In this document: in pieces, positions 1 to 9,994 of the stretch | Position numbering within the stretch: the first letter of the stretch is position 1 | Layout: every line of letters starts with the position of its first letter | Assembly (NCBI GenBank): GCA_013214025.1 | Contig: JABSRN010000006.1 | Location: 96,715 to 160,714 of the forward strand | DNA from: Polyangiaceae bacterium | GTDB taxonomy: Bacteria > Myxococcota_A > Polyangia > Polyangiales > Polyangiaceae | Direction of reading: 5' to 3' | Length of the DNA stretch: 64,000 nucleotides | Position numbers and translations under genes: made by a program | Notes under the pieces: model-generated | What the model saw: the letters and a program-made list of their open reading frames with translations, nothing else | Database searches by the model: none | What the model was told of the DNA's origin: nothing

Positions 1-982
1 CTTCGCCTGGCCGCGGCCCCTCGCGATTCTCTGTAATACCCCCAGCGAGGTAGACCGCTTGGCGAGTCGCTTGACCCACCACGGTGACGTTGTTCAGCGA
101 TATCACGAAGACATGCGACCGGGAGAACGCGTAGCCGCGTGGCTCGAGTTTCAAGCGGCTGAGGACGAAGCGATATTGATCGCAACTAGTGCCCTCGCCC
201 ACCACGACCGCTCCCTGAACTCCGACGACACCACAGAAGCCGTACCCGAGCGATTCGGCCGGGCTCTACAACACGGGGGCTTGCGCACACTCGTAGTGGC
301 GGAGGCTCCGAGTTCCATGAGCCAATTCTATCGGGAGCTCATACTCTGCACGCAGCTTCCGGGAGCCATCCCGCCCCGTGCGGTACTCCTCTACGATCCA
401 AGCGACCGGCTCTCCATCGATGCGATTCGAGCCACCCGTCGCATCCCGAGAGCCCAACTACTGCGCTTCGGCGAAGCTGTCGACCTCATAGCGGGCGGCG
501 GAGCCAGTGCCACCGTTGAGTCCCTGGCGATGGAAAGCCACCTCAGTTCTCAGACCACCCTCCGATTCGCACGGCTGCTCGCCAGCGCCGGCATGCTCGA
601 CAATCGCGGAGGTTGGATCCGCAGCCAGCCGCACTCGGAGAGTTTAGCTGGCCGGCTCCGGCTCCTCGCCGACGCTCTGGATCATCACGATTCGGCGGCA
701 TCAGCTGCCTTCGATGCTGTCGCCGAATTCACGACACCTCCGCGCTGCCGCATGCAACTGCTCTGTCGCCCGCTAGGATCCGATGTCCCGGCCTGCGGCC
801 GTTGCGACGTCTGCGACCCGAGCCGTGCACAAGGAAACCTCGACCGGGCTGAGAAAACCCGACAGTCAACCGCCCGACGATTTCATGTGGACGTCACGGA
901 GGAACACAACAACCGCAGTGCCCACTCGGAGCATCACCGACCGAGCGCTTCTCCTCTGACCGCCCGAATGGGCGACTACTGA
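1..982 (+). CDS. RecQ-like helicase, C-terminal part (5' end lies outside the window); helicase motif VI looks degenerate
   Basis: The frame is open from nt 2. ..ILCNTPSEVDRLASRL.., YH..R..WL.F, ATSA.. and LLYDPSD follow the RecQ helicase-C pattern. CRMQLL..ACGRCDVCD resembles the RecQ Zn-binding motif. RELILCTQLPG replaces the expected QExGRxGRDG. Confidence 0.5.
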   Translation, partial: FAWPRPLAILCNTPSEVDRLASRLTHHGDVVQRYHEDMRPGERVAAWLEFQAAEDEAILIATSALAHHDRSLNSDDTTEAVPERFGRALQHGGLRTLVVAEAPSSMSQFYRELILCTQLPGAIPPRAVLLYDPSDRLSIDAIRATRRIPRAQLLRFGEAVDLIAGGGASATVESLAMESHLSSQTTLRFARLLASAGMLDNRGGWIRSQPHSESLAGRLRLLADALDHHDSAASAAFDAVAEFTTPPRCRMQLLCRPLGSDVPACGRCDVCDPSRAQGNLDRAEKTRQSTARRFHVDVTEEHNNRSAHSEHHRPSASPLTARMGDY

Positions 983-1037
983 CTGGGTTTGGGGCCCGAG
1001 CCCCGCGCGGGCACAACCCGGAAGCAGGCGCTAACTT

Positions 1038-2117
1038 TTACTGCTCGATCAAGCCCACTTCTGAGGCGTGGAAGTTGATGTAAAACCACCAACCGGGAGT
1101 GCCATCTTCGAGCTCATCTAGATCGCTGTCGGGGGCGCCGGAAACACAGCCGCCGCCGCCTTTGAGCAGTTCCCAAAGAGGCTCACCGCGGACCGGCGCC
1201 GGGATGGGCTCCCGATCCGGCAGAATCGTGTTTATCGCAGAGTCTTCGGTAATGAAACCGCGAATGAGCCCGCCTTGGAGCTCCTTGTTGGTCGCGCCAT
1301 CTACGATGGTGCCGGCGAACTGAGCCTGAGCCAGCACCAGCTCGATACCCGAGATGGTGAGTACCACGGCCGCCGGCTCCGTCACGACACAGGGGCCGTT
1401 GACGGCGTCCACGGTATAGTTGCTCGTCCCCGGCACGGTGCCCAAACACAGCTCGTTGGTGGTGACCGTGTTGAACACGAGGGGCGTGCTTGGCGGAACA
1501 CTCTCGCAATATGCGGGTGGAAACTCCCACACGTTGGTCCCGGCGGGAATTGCTTCGCAAGACCCCGTCAGCAATGCTCCTGGGTAACTAGCCGCCGTCA
1601 GGTCGGCGCCTTCGGGATCTAACAAGAACGAGGTATCGAACTTACCGTCAGCCGGATTGAAATCGTCGCTGAAAGCATCGTTGAAGACGTCATTCACCAA
1701 GTCTGTGGACTCGAGACAGCCGAGCAACGGGATACTCACCATGACGAGGGGGTCTCGAAGGTTGATGTTGTCGACCAGAAAGGCCAGGCGCGTGGTCACG
1801 TCAGGCGGGATGCCGCCGGAGCCAGCGTTGCCAGCCGCTCCGACACCTCCTGCTGTTCCGCTTGTACCCGACCCGCCGGCACTATTAGGAACACCACCGG
1901 TCGCGCCGGTCGCTCCGCCTGACTCGGTGAGCGTGCCGCCCGTGGCAGTACTCCCGCCGCCGGCGGTCCCCGACGTGCCAGTACCGCCGTCCGCGCCGAT
2001 GGGGGACGGACCCGACCCAACGATCTGGCCGGTAGCGTTCTCGCTGTTGTTTCGGCAGGCCATCGCGCAAGTCAGCGCTAAACTGCCCACACTCCACTTA
2101 CTAAAACGCATCTTCAT
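1038..2117 (-). CDS. Secreted or lipoprotein of unknown function with a Gly/Thr/Ser-rich linker
   Basis: The N-terminal signal-like sequence MKMRFSKWSVGSLALTCAMAC is followed by a long GGTGTSGTAGGGSTATGG low-complexity linker and then a globular Cys-containing domain. This is the only long ORF with protein-like composition in the interval. Confidence 0.6.
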   Translation of the reverse strand: MKMRFSKWSVGSLALTCAMACRNNSENATGQIVGSGPSPIGADGGTGTSGTAGGGSTATGGTLTESGGATGATGGVPNSAGGSGTSGTAGGVGAAGNAGSGGIPPDVTTRLAFLVDNINLRDPLVMVSIPLLGCLESTDLVNDVFNDAFSDDFNPADGKFDTSFLLDPEGADLTAASYPGALLTGSCEAIPAGTNVWEFPPAYCESVPPSTPLVFNTVTTNELCLGTVPGTSNYTVDAVNGPCVVTEPAAVVLTISGIELVLAQAQFAGTIVDGATNKELQGGLIRGFITEDSAINTILPDREPIPAPVRGEPLWELLKGGGGCVSGAPDSDLDELEDGTPGWWFYINFHASEVGLIEQ

Positions 2118-2288
2118 CTGATTCCGAGACTCTTCGTCTGATTACGACACATCTGGTTCTAAGACGCAGTGCCGCACCGCCGCTCGCGCGTGCTGCGCTC
2201 AAGATATCACCATCCGTAGAATAGTCGGCCAATACCCGCGGCCAGCGATTGTTCCAGTATCTCAGTAATTGCGACCTACACTGTAGAC

Positions 2289-3163
2289 TTAATCCCACAC
2301 CATGAAGCCCGACACCGACGTAGACGGCTGGCTGTCGCAATCGTCACGGTCGCGACACAAGCGGATCTCAGCAATGGGACTCGGATCCCAGGACGTTTTG
2401 CACTGAGAATGGGTGACCCCGTAATTTAGGTAGCCGTAGAACTCCGCCAACCCGTCGCAGCAAACCTCGGACCCCGGACGGTTGTGACGACCCGAACACT
2501 CGAAGGTGGCAGCGACATTACAACATCCACATTCTGTCGCGACGACCGCCAGGTTGTTGAAACCAACGCCACAACACTTCCGGGAGCCTCCGCAGTCTTT
2601 CGGCCCATGACAGGCCAACGACACATCGCATTCTCTTGCGCTGTCCGCACACTCCGTAGTCGAGCCGTATGCGCAGCATACTTCCCCGGTGCCAACCGGG
2701 CACCAATCAGCGCCGCAATGCAGGAAACCGTCCGCGGGCAGTATCCCGGAATCGCTCTCCGTCGTATCGGAGCCGTCGGCGCCTGTGTCCGGGCTGCCGA
2801 TTTCGGGCGTCCAGCCGCTATCGATGGGTGTTCCACCCGTCGACAAGCCACCGGCCCAAACACCGCTCTCGAGTCCCGGGCCCTAGGGACCACCGAAGAG
2901 CGTCCCGCCTTGAGCCTTCCGCCCCTGCTGCGCCGCTGCGGCGCCCACCACGCTGCGCCGGATCCGATACCGCCCGTCGCGACCGTCCCGCCGGCGTCCC
3001 CGACGCTGCTAGCACCAAAAAGATTGCTGTCAGCATCCGAACAACCCGCGAATGCTAGTCCAACTAATAATCCTTTTAGTAACTTTATATCCCCGCGCCC
3101 TATAGCTTGCCCAACGTCGCAAAAAACGCGCTCTACCAAGGTTCGGCCCGCGGTAACCGCCAA
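2289..3163 (-). pseudogene. Cys-rich lipoprotein, apparently disrupted by one frameshift and an in-frame TAG
   Basis: A lipoprotein signal (IKLLKGLLVGLAFAGC SDADSN..GGIGSGA) is read in the frame of ORF 2426..3163. The Gly-rich linker and the >20-Cys domain lie in the frame of ORF 2289..2846. That frame carries TAG at 2883..2885 (..TLFGGP*GPGLESG..). The architecture matches the intact lipoproteins at 1038..2117 and 10835..11431. Confidence 0.45.
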
Positions 3164-3310
3164 TCCGTGGGACGTCGAGCGTCATCGGGTCGTGAAAACT
3201 CCCATCACAGACCGGGCATTCGCGGAGAAGGCAGCTATACCTGAGCCATGTCCCTCACCACACTTCGGCGCTCTCGCCGGGGCCCGCCCGCCCAAGGCCC
3301 CCGGGATAAA

Positions 3311-5230
3311 ATGCGCTTTCTTCCCACAACTCGGGAGGAAATGACGGCGAGGGGCATCGATCAGCTCGATATCCTGATCGTCACAGGCGACGCCTACGTC
3401 GACCACGCAGCCTTCGGACCGATATTGATCGCGCGGTTTCTAGAGGGACGCGGCTACAAGGTCGGTGTGGTCGCCCAACCGAAATGGGACGATCCCAGCG
3501 ATATTGCGCGCATGGGCGCCCCACGGCTTTTTGTCGGAGTCAGTGCGGGCAACCTCGACTCCATGCTGGGCAAACTCACGTCCCAACTGAAGACTCGCAG
3601 CGAAGACCAATATACACCCGGCGGCGAACGAAACCAACGCCCCAATCGAGCCACCCTCGTCTATTCGAATCTGTGCCGCGCGGCCTTTCCCGGAGTCCCC
3701 ATCGTGCTCGGAGGCATCGAAGCGTCACTTCGCCGGATCGCTCACTACGACTACTGGTCCGACAAGGTTCGCCGCAGCATGCTGCTCGATGCCAAGGCAG
3801 ATCTGCTGGTTTTCGGCATGGGGGAAAAACCCGCGTGGGAAATCGCCCAGCGCCTGGACGCAGGCAAACCGCTATCGGCCCTGCGAGATATCCGCGGCAC
3901 CGCCCACGTATTGAACAGCCCCAAAGAGTGGCGACCCTTCGCCGACGAGCCGAGCCGCAACGTCAAAGACGGAAAGGTACTGCTGCTGCCCTCCTACGAA
4001 GAGGTGCGTGGCGACCGTTTGGCATTCGCAAAAATGACGGGCACCTTCCAGAAAGAAACCAACCCGGGAAATGCTCGCCCGCTGCTGCAGGTGCACGGCG
4101 ACCAGGCGGTGTATTTCAACCCGCCGGCTCATCCCCTCAAAGAAGAGGAGATGGATGAGCTCTACGACCTACCGTTCCAACGGCTCCCCCATCCCACGTA
4201 CAAGCAGGGCGTGCCAGCCTACAAGACCGTCAAGGATTCCATCGTCACCATGCGGGGTTGTTTCGGCGGCTGCACGTTCTGTAGCATCACCGAACACGAG
4301 GGGCGCATCATCCAAAGCCGCTCCGAGTCCAGCGTGCTTCGGGAAATCCGTCAGCTGTCTCGCATGAACAGCTTCAGCGGGACGCTCACGGACATCGGTG
4401 GCCCCACTGCGAACATGTACAAAGTTCGATGCAAGAGCGAGAAGATCGAGACAGCCTGCCGTAGGCTTTCCTGTTTACACCCCAAGGTTTGTAGCAACCT
4501 CAACACGGACCACACGCCCCTGCTCGATTTGCTCGGCAAAGTCCGGAAGAACAAGGACGTCAAACACGCCTACATCGCGTCAGGCATTCGTTACGATCTG
4601 GCGGAAAAGAGCCCTGAGTTCATTCGCGTACTCGCTCAACATCACACAGGTGGGCAGGTCAGCGTAGCCCCCGAGCACAACAACCCCGACGTGCTCGACA
4701 AGATGAAGAAGCCACCCATCGAAGCCTACGAGCGCTTCGTCAGTAGCTTCTGCGACGCCAGCGAAAAAGCTGGCAAAGAGCAACACTTGGTACCTTATCT
4801 AATCACTGGGCACCCGGGCTCAACGCTGAGCGATGCCGTCGATCTCGCGCTGTACCTCAAACGACAAGGCATGCGACCGCGCCAAGTCCAGGACTTCATC
4901 CCGACTCCCATGGCCATCGCCACGGCGATGTATCACACCGGCTACGACCCCTTCACCCTCGAACCCGTCTACTCGGCCAAGAAGCTGCGCGAAAAACGCA
5001 TGATGAAAGCGCTCGTTTTTTACTGGGACGAACAGCACTGGCCCCTGGCGCGAGAGGCGCTCTTGTCCCTAGGCAAGGGCCATTTGATTGGCCGAGCGGC
5101 AGACTGTTTGGTCCCCCCGGACTACGGCAAGACCAAGAGCACCGCAGGCAAACGTTCACCGCAGGGCCCGCGATCCGGCCCCCCCAGAGGACCGCGATCC
5201 GGCACACCCCGCGGACGCAAACCAAACTGA
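3311..5230 (+). CDS. ygiQ: YgiQ-family radical SAM protein (UPF0313)
   Basis: The N-terminus MRFLPTTREEM..GIDQLDILIVTGDAYVDH, plus ..QYTPGGERNQRPNRAT.. and the CFGGCTFCSIT CxxxCxxC cluster motif, are typical of YgiQ. I placed the start at the internal ATG 3311. Confidence 0.85.
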   Translation: MRFLPTTREEMTARGIDQLDILIVTGDAYVDHAAFGPILIARFLEGRGYKVGVVAQPKWDDPSDIARMGAPRLFVGVSAGNLDSMLGKLTSQLKTRSEDQYTPGGERNQRPNRATLVYSNLCRAAFPGVPIVLGGIEASLRRIAHYDYWSDKVRRSMLLDAKADLLVFGMGEKPAWEIAQRLDAGKPLSALRDIRGTAHVLNSPKEWRPFADEPSRNVKDGKVLLLPSYEEVRGDRLAFAKMTGTFQKETNPGNARPLLQVHGDQAVYFNPPAHPLKEEEMDELYDLPFQRLPHPTYKQGVPAYKTVKDSIVTMRGCFGGCTFCSITEHEGRIIQSRSESSVLREIRQLSRMNSFSGTLTDIGGPTANMYKVRCKSEKIETACRRLSCLHPKVCSNLNTDHTPLLDLLGKVRKNKDVKHAYIASGIRYDLAEKSPEFIRVLAQHHTGGQVSVAPEHNNPDVLDKMKKPPIEAYERFVSSFCDASEKAGKEQHLVPYLITGHPGSTLSDAVDLALYLKRQGMRPRQVQDFIPTPMAIATAMYHTGYDPFTLEPVYSAKKLREKRMMKALVFYWDEQHWPLAREALLSLGKGHLIGRAADCLVPPDYGKTKSTAGKRSPQGPRSGPPRGPRSGTPRGRKPN

Positions 5231-5494
5231 CGCCGTCGGGAGCGCCGCAGCTGGCTGCCCCCACGGCCAATCAATCAAGCGCTTAAGCCAAGCAACCCAT
5301 CACTGTGTCAAGCCAATGACACCCAGACAGTCCGCACGCGCAGGACACCCATGAACGTATCTGCGCTCACCGCTGCGGCTGTGGACAACACCGTGGATGA
5401 TGAAACTTTTCCGCAAGTCTCGCTATTCCCGCAGCTGATTCGCTAACCAGCATGTGCTCCTTCACCGTTCGGCACTATTCTATTACTAACAATC

Positions 5495-6157
5495 ATGACG
5501 ATGGCTAAGGGGACACTGACGCTCGCGCACTATCACGGCGCTCCCATTCGCGTGCATTGGTCGGTACCCATCGCCGCCCTGGTATTCAGTCGTTTTCGTT
5601 TCGCCCCAGCCTTCTGGGCGGGCTTCTTCGGACTCATTGTCATTCACGAACTGGGGCATGCACTACTCGTTCGACGCTTCGGACTGACCCTGCACTCGAT
5701 CACCGTGCATGGGCTCGGCGGCTCCTGCTCCTACTCCGGCATGCCCTCCCGGCGCCAAGGAGCGTTGATTGCGTGGGGCGGTGTCTGGGCCCAAGCCTTA
5801 CTCCTCGGCACTACCCTCGCGACGTGGACCTTCCTCGGCCCTTTCAGCGGCGTGCACGCCGCCGAATTGTACGGGGTACTAGTTTATACCAATCTACTTA
5901 TCATCGGGCTGAATCTAATTCCCCTCGAACCCCTCGATGGCGCCCAGGCTTGGCCGCTGCTGGGAATGCTCGGTAGAGACGTCAAGCGTCGATCCCGGGC
6001 CCGCCGCCACGCCGTTCAGGTAAAACGCAGCGTGAGCGACGAGCTCCGAGAATTCGACGCCGCGACCCAAGATCCCGAGCGTCTCAAAGAAGCTGATAAA
6101 GCCATCCAAGACATACTTCGGGACGTCGATCGCGCCGACAGCAAATCGACTGATTGA
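5495..6157 (+). CDS. M50-family (site-2 protease-like) membrane metalloprotease
   Basis: It has the HELGHALLVRRFG HExxH motif inside a hydrophobic segment, several TM helices, and a ..NLIPLEPLDG.. second motif. Confidence 0.7.
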   Translation: MTMAKGTLTLAHYHGAPIRVHWSVPIAALVFSRFRFAPAFWAGFFGLIVIHELGHALLVRRFGLTLHSITVHGLGGSCSYSGMPSRRQGALIAWGGVWAQALLLGTTLATWTFLGPFSGVHAAELYGVLVYTNLLIIGLNLIPLEPLDGAQAWPLLGMLGRDVKRRSRARRHAVQVKRSVSDELREFDAATQDPERLKEADKAIQDILRDVDRADSKSTD

Positions 6158-6195
6158 AACCACATCTCGCGCGGGCAGCGCGTTAGGCTCGCTGC

Positions 6196-6912
6196 ATGAG
6201 CGCGAACATCATGATTACAGGCATCAGCCGAGGCATCGGCCGAGCGTTGGCCGAACACTGCTTGGGGCGCGGGGATGCCGTATTCGGCATCAGCCGAAGT
6301 TCCGTGAATCTCACGTCTCCTCCCGGTACCCTGAGAACAGTTCAGCACGACCTGTCTGATCTCGACGGCATTAAGACCCAACTGTTCGCACTACTGGACG
6401 GCCAACGCGAGTTGGACTTGCTCGTATTAAACGCGGGCATACTCGGTCCTATCCGCGACATGGTCGATACCCCGCTGAGCGATATCCGGCAACAGATGGA
6501 AGTGAACACCTGGGCCAACAAGACGATTCTCGACGGCTTGTTCAACAACGGCGTCCGGGTGCGACAAGTCGTTGGGCTGTCGTCCGGCGCAGCGGTGAGC
6601 GGCAGCCGGGGATGGGGAGGCTACGCGCTGTCCAAAGCAACCTTTCTCATGATGCTCAAGCTGTACGCAGCGGAAATCCCTGACACACATTTTTGCTCCT
6701 TGGCTCCCGGCTTGGTGGATACAAGTATGCAAGACTACCTGTGCGGTCTCGAAGCGAGCTACGGCGCAAAATTCCCGACCGTGGCGCGAATTCAGAGCGC
6801 CCGGGGCACGGACGGCATGCCTTCGCCTGAACAGCTCGCGCCTCGCTTACTGGACAAAATCGGAGAGCTATTAAAGGAGCCGAGCGGATCTTTTATCGAC
6901 ATCCGTCACTAA
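6196..6912 (+). CDS. Short-chain dehydrogenase/reductase (SDR)
   Basis: It has an ITGISRGIGRALA TGxxxGxG-type cofactor motif and a YALSKA YxxxK catalytic motif. Confidence 0.8.
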   Translation: MSANIMITGISRGIGRALAEHCLGRGDAVFGISRSSVNLTSPPGTLRTVQHDLSDLDGIKTQLFALLDGQRELDLLVLNAGILGPIRDMVDTPLSDIRQQMEVNTWANKTILDGLFNNGVRVRQVVGLSSGAAVSGSRGWGGYALSKATFLMMLKLYAAEIPDTHFCSLAPGLVDTSMQDYLCGLEASYGAKFPTVARIQSARGTDGMPSPEQLAPRLLDKIGELLKEPSGSFIDIRH

Positions 6913-6931
6913 GCCGCCTCAGTCAGCGGCC

Positions 6932-9031
6932 TCAGTCACCGAGCATTTTTAGCAAGGTGGACTCATCGAGCACGTTGACGCCCAACTTCTCGGCCTTCGC
7001 CAGTTTGCTGCCCGCGTCTTGCCCTGCCACAAGAAAGTCCGTCTTCTTCGAAACGGAACCCGAAACCTTGCCACCAGCCTTCTTGATGCGGTCTCCGGCG
7101 TCAGTTCGCTTCAACGTAGGAAGAGTGCCCGTGAGCACAAAAGTTTTTCCATCCACACCCTCTACAGACACGAGCTGACTTTCGAGGACATCGAGCCGGA
7201 CCCCCGCGGCCCTCAAGCCTTCGAAAATGCCCCGCAACTGAGCCGAGTTGAGCTCCGCGAAGATACTGTCCGCAGATTTTCGAGCCAAACCTTCGATGAC
7301 GCCCCGGTCGGTGGATTTGTCAGGAGCCACGAGCTGCACCGCATCGTCATCGCCATCACAGTACCGTTCGGCGAACGAGAGCAAGGCGGTCGCGGCTTCG
7401 AAGTGAGTCGCCAAATCCTCAGCCATGCTTGTGCCTACATGACGAATCGAGAGCCCGGTCAACACCTTGGACAGGCCTCGCTCCTTCGCGGCTGCTAAAC
7501 CAGCCATTGCGTTGTCCGCGCTCTTTTTGCCCATGCGCTCCAAGCCCGACAGCTGCTCTGTAGTCAGAGAGAACAACTGGTCCGGCCGCGAGACATCTAA
7601 AGCCGACACGACTTGATCGACCAGCACCGCGCCAAAGCCCTCGATGTCCATGGCGATCCGGCTAGCGAAATGACGCAACCGCTCACGCACTTGGTCCGGA
7701 CACTCGGGGTTGGGGCAGTAAATGAAGATGTCCTCTTCCACCACCGCGGTGGCACAGGTGGGACAATCAGCGGGCCGCTTGATTCGACACGTCCCCTTCG
7801 GCCGTAATTCCGGAACGACAGCCACCACCTGAGGAATGATCTCCCCCGCCTTCTCCACCAGGACCGTGTCCTTGATGCGAACGTCCTTGCGCTCCAGCTC
7901 AACAAAGTTGTGCAACGAGGCACGAGACACCTGGGTGCCGCCCACAAACACTGGCTCCAACTCGGCGACGGGCGTCAACTTGCCGCTCTTGCCGACCTGA
8001 ACGCTGACGCCGAGCAACTTCGTGGGCTTCTGTTCCGGCGGGAACTTATAGGCGACGCCCCAGTGCGGATGGTGGCCTGTGCCCCCGAGCCGGTCGTAGC
8101 AAGACAGGTCGTCAATTTTGATGACCATCCCGTCGATGTCGAACTCCAGCGTCAAACGCCGCTCGTGATAACCCTCGCAATATTCGAAGGCGGCATCCGC
8201 GTTTCCGGCTCGCAGGAACTCGTCGGAATATACCGGCGCGCCGAGCTCCGCGAGCCAATCCAACACTCCCGATTGAGTTTCCGGCAATTGGATGCCCTCG
8301 GCCCACGCCACTTGGTACAGAAAAGCCGCGATGCCCACATCCCCGAGCCCGCTGGGATCCTTGCGCTTCATCATCCCGGCGCAACCATTGCGCGGGTTCA
8401 CAATTGTCTTGTCGCCGCTGGCTCGAAGTTTCTCGTTGTAAGCGCCAAACGCCGAGCGCGGCCAGTAAAGCTCACCACGAATCTCAAAGTTGCCCCGCTT
8501 GCCCAGGCGTTCGGGCACGGCACCGGAGGCCCGCACCTGGCGAGTGATATCATCGCCCTTTTTCCCATCGCCACGCGTGACAGCACGCACCAGTCGGCCC
8601 TTCTCGTACAAGAGCGACGCACTGATGCCGTCGATCTTCGGCTCGACCACGAGCTCCAAGGCCGCGTCCTCTGCCAAGTCCAAATCTTTTCGACGCCGCA
8701 GGTACCACGCGTCCAGTTGATCGGAGATGGACACGAGCTCGCCGTGACTGTCCCGACGGTTGGGACTCAACTTCTCCAAACTGAGCATGGGGATCCGATG
8801 CTCGACTGTAACAAATCCGTCTGAATGGTCTGCTCCGGGCCGAGCGTCCACCCGCTGGCGCGCGTCCACACCGAGTTCGTCCGCCAACTGACGATAGCTA
8901 TCCCAAATCTCATCGAAGGCTGCGTCAGATATCTCGGGCTCCCCCGCACGATACCGCTCTTCGTGATGATCGATCTGCTGAGCGAGCTGCTCGAGTTGCT
9001 TAGCCGCCTTCTGCCCTGTCATGACCACCAC
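6932..9031 (-). CDS. ligA: NAD-dependent DNA ligase
   Basis: It has the adenylation motif EPKIDGISASLLYEKG (KxDG), the Zn-finger CPTC..CPNPECP, HhH regions and a C-terminal BRCT-like segment (GKTFVLTGTL). Length is 699 aa. Confidence 0.95.
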   Translation of the reverse strand: MVVMTGQKAAKQLEQLAQQIDHHEERYRAGEPEISDAAFDEIWDSYRQLADELGVDARQRVDARPGADHSDGFVTVEHRIPMLSLEKLSPNRRDSHGELVSISDQLDAWYLRRRKDLDLAEDAALELVVEPKIDGISASLLYEKGRLVRAVTRGDGKKGDDITRQVRASGAVPERLGKRGNFEIRGELYWPRSAFGAYNEKLRASGDKTIVNPRNGCAGMMKRKDPSGLGDVGIAAFLYQVAWAEGIQLPETQSGVLDWLAELGAPVYSDEFLRAGNADAAFEYCEGYHERRLTLEFDIDGMVIKIDDLSCYDRLGGTGHHPHWGVAYKFPPEQKPTKLLGVSVQVGKSGKLTPVAELEPVFVGGTQVSRASLHNFVELERKDVRIKDTVLVEKAGEIIPQVVAVVPELRPKGTCRIKRPADCPTCATAVVEEDIFIYCPNPECPDQVRERLRHFASRIAMDIEGFGAVLVDQVVSALDVSRPDQLFSLTTEQLSGLERMGKKSADNAMAGLAAAKERGLSKVLTGLSIRHVGTSMAEDLATHFEAATALLSFAERYCDGDDDAVQLVAPDKSTDRGVIEGLARKSADSIFAELNSAQLRGIFEGLRAAGVRLDVLESQLVSVEGVDGKTFVLTGTLPTLKRTDAGDRIKKAGGKVSGSVSKKTDFLVAGQDAGSKLAKAEKLGVNVLDESTLLKMLGD

Positions 9032-9115
9032 TATTTAGACGAGCACCCGGCGAAGCGCTAGCTTGACGGGTGGGCTTGGGTCGTCGTCTGGGACGATTCT
9101 GCTCGGTCCCGAGGA

Positions 9116-9994
9116 CTACTCGGCGCCCTGGCGGCGACGTCCCCAGGCTGCAAAGGCGCCGGCGAGCATTAGGAAGCCCGCCGCCCCGGTTCCCGTGGAG
9201 GCCGCAGCCGGCTGACCGAGTTGGCACGAGGCAGACGCTTCGGCTTCGCCTTCGGCTTCACACACTCCGTCGGCACAACCAGCACTACCGCTCGCAGTAG
9301 CGCTGGTATCTACCGCGGCAGCCAAGATGGCTCCGAGGGCCGTAACGCAACTCTCTGCGTTCCCGCCATGATCAACGTATTCGCCATCGCAAAAGAGTGC
9401 GCCCTCGGGGGTAGAACAGCTCCCCGTGCACTCAAGTTCCAAGTTCGCTTCGCATTCTGCGGTGGCGGTCCCTTGGCAACTGATCTGACAGTCCAAATTC
9501 GGGCTGACCGAACAGGAACCTTCACAGGAGGCAGCACAATTCCCGGAACACTCCACCGGCGCGCCATCGCAACTGGCCGAGCAATGACCGGAGCAACTGG
9601 CCTTGCAAGAGGTCTTGCACTCGCTCTTGTTGTCGTGGGACTCACACTCCGCCTCACAATTGGTGTCGCAGGTTCCCTCACAGTCAGCGCTACAGCTAAA
9701 GTCGGGGTTCGCGCCACACTCAGCTTCGCAACTGGCTTCGCAACTGCCTGAGCAATCTACCGAAGGCAGCTCGGTGCATTCAGTAGCGCAATGATCGACG
9801 TTAACTTGAGCAGTACAAGCGGCCTGAAACGACACCGCAGAACATTGCACTTCGCAACCGCCCGATATCTCGGTTTTGCATTCGGCAGACGCCTCCACGT
9901 CGATATCGCCGCAATCGGCTACTGAGGCGGCGTTTGCGTAGCTCGCGCCGAGGAGAATGAGTGAAGCGATGGATGCGGAAAATGCTCGTTTCAT
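9116..9994 (-). CDS. Secreted Cys-ladder (C-x3-C repeat) protein with a MYXO-CTERM-like C-terminal sorting signal
   Basis: I chose the internal ATG at 9994 (MKRAFSASIASLILLGASYANA signal peptide). Blocks include CSGSCEASCEAEC, CSADCEGTCDTNCEAEC, CKTSCKASCSGHCSASC and CSGNCAASCEGSC. The C-terminus has ..SCQLG.., a hydrophobic stretch GAAGFLMLAGAFAAW, then GRRRQ. Confidence 0.7.
   Translation of the reverse strand: MKRAFSASIASLILLGASYANAASVADCGDIDVEASAECKTEISGGCEVQCSAVSFQAACTAQVNVDHCATECTELPSVDCSGSCEASCEAECGANPDFSCSADCEGTCDTNCEAECESHDNKSECKTSCKASCSGHCSASCDGAPVECSGNCAASCEGSCSVSPNLDCQISCQGTATAECEANLELECTGSCSTPEGALFCDGEYVDHGGNAESCVTALGAILAAAVDTSATASGSAGCADGVCEAEGEAEASASCQLGQPAAASTGTGAAGFLMLAGAFAAWGRRRQGAE

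Noticed and set aside
3311-5230. The radical SAM gene might be a maturase for the C-x3-C repeat protein at 9116..9994.
   Set aside because: The sequence is a typical YgiQ/UPF0313 protein, not a SPASM/CXXX-repeat maturase. It is separated from the Cys-ladder gene by four unrelated genes, and the two lie on opposite strands. The target has a Sec-type signal peptide.
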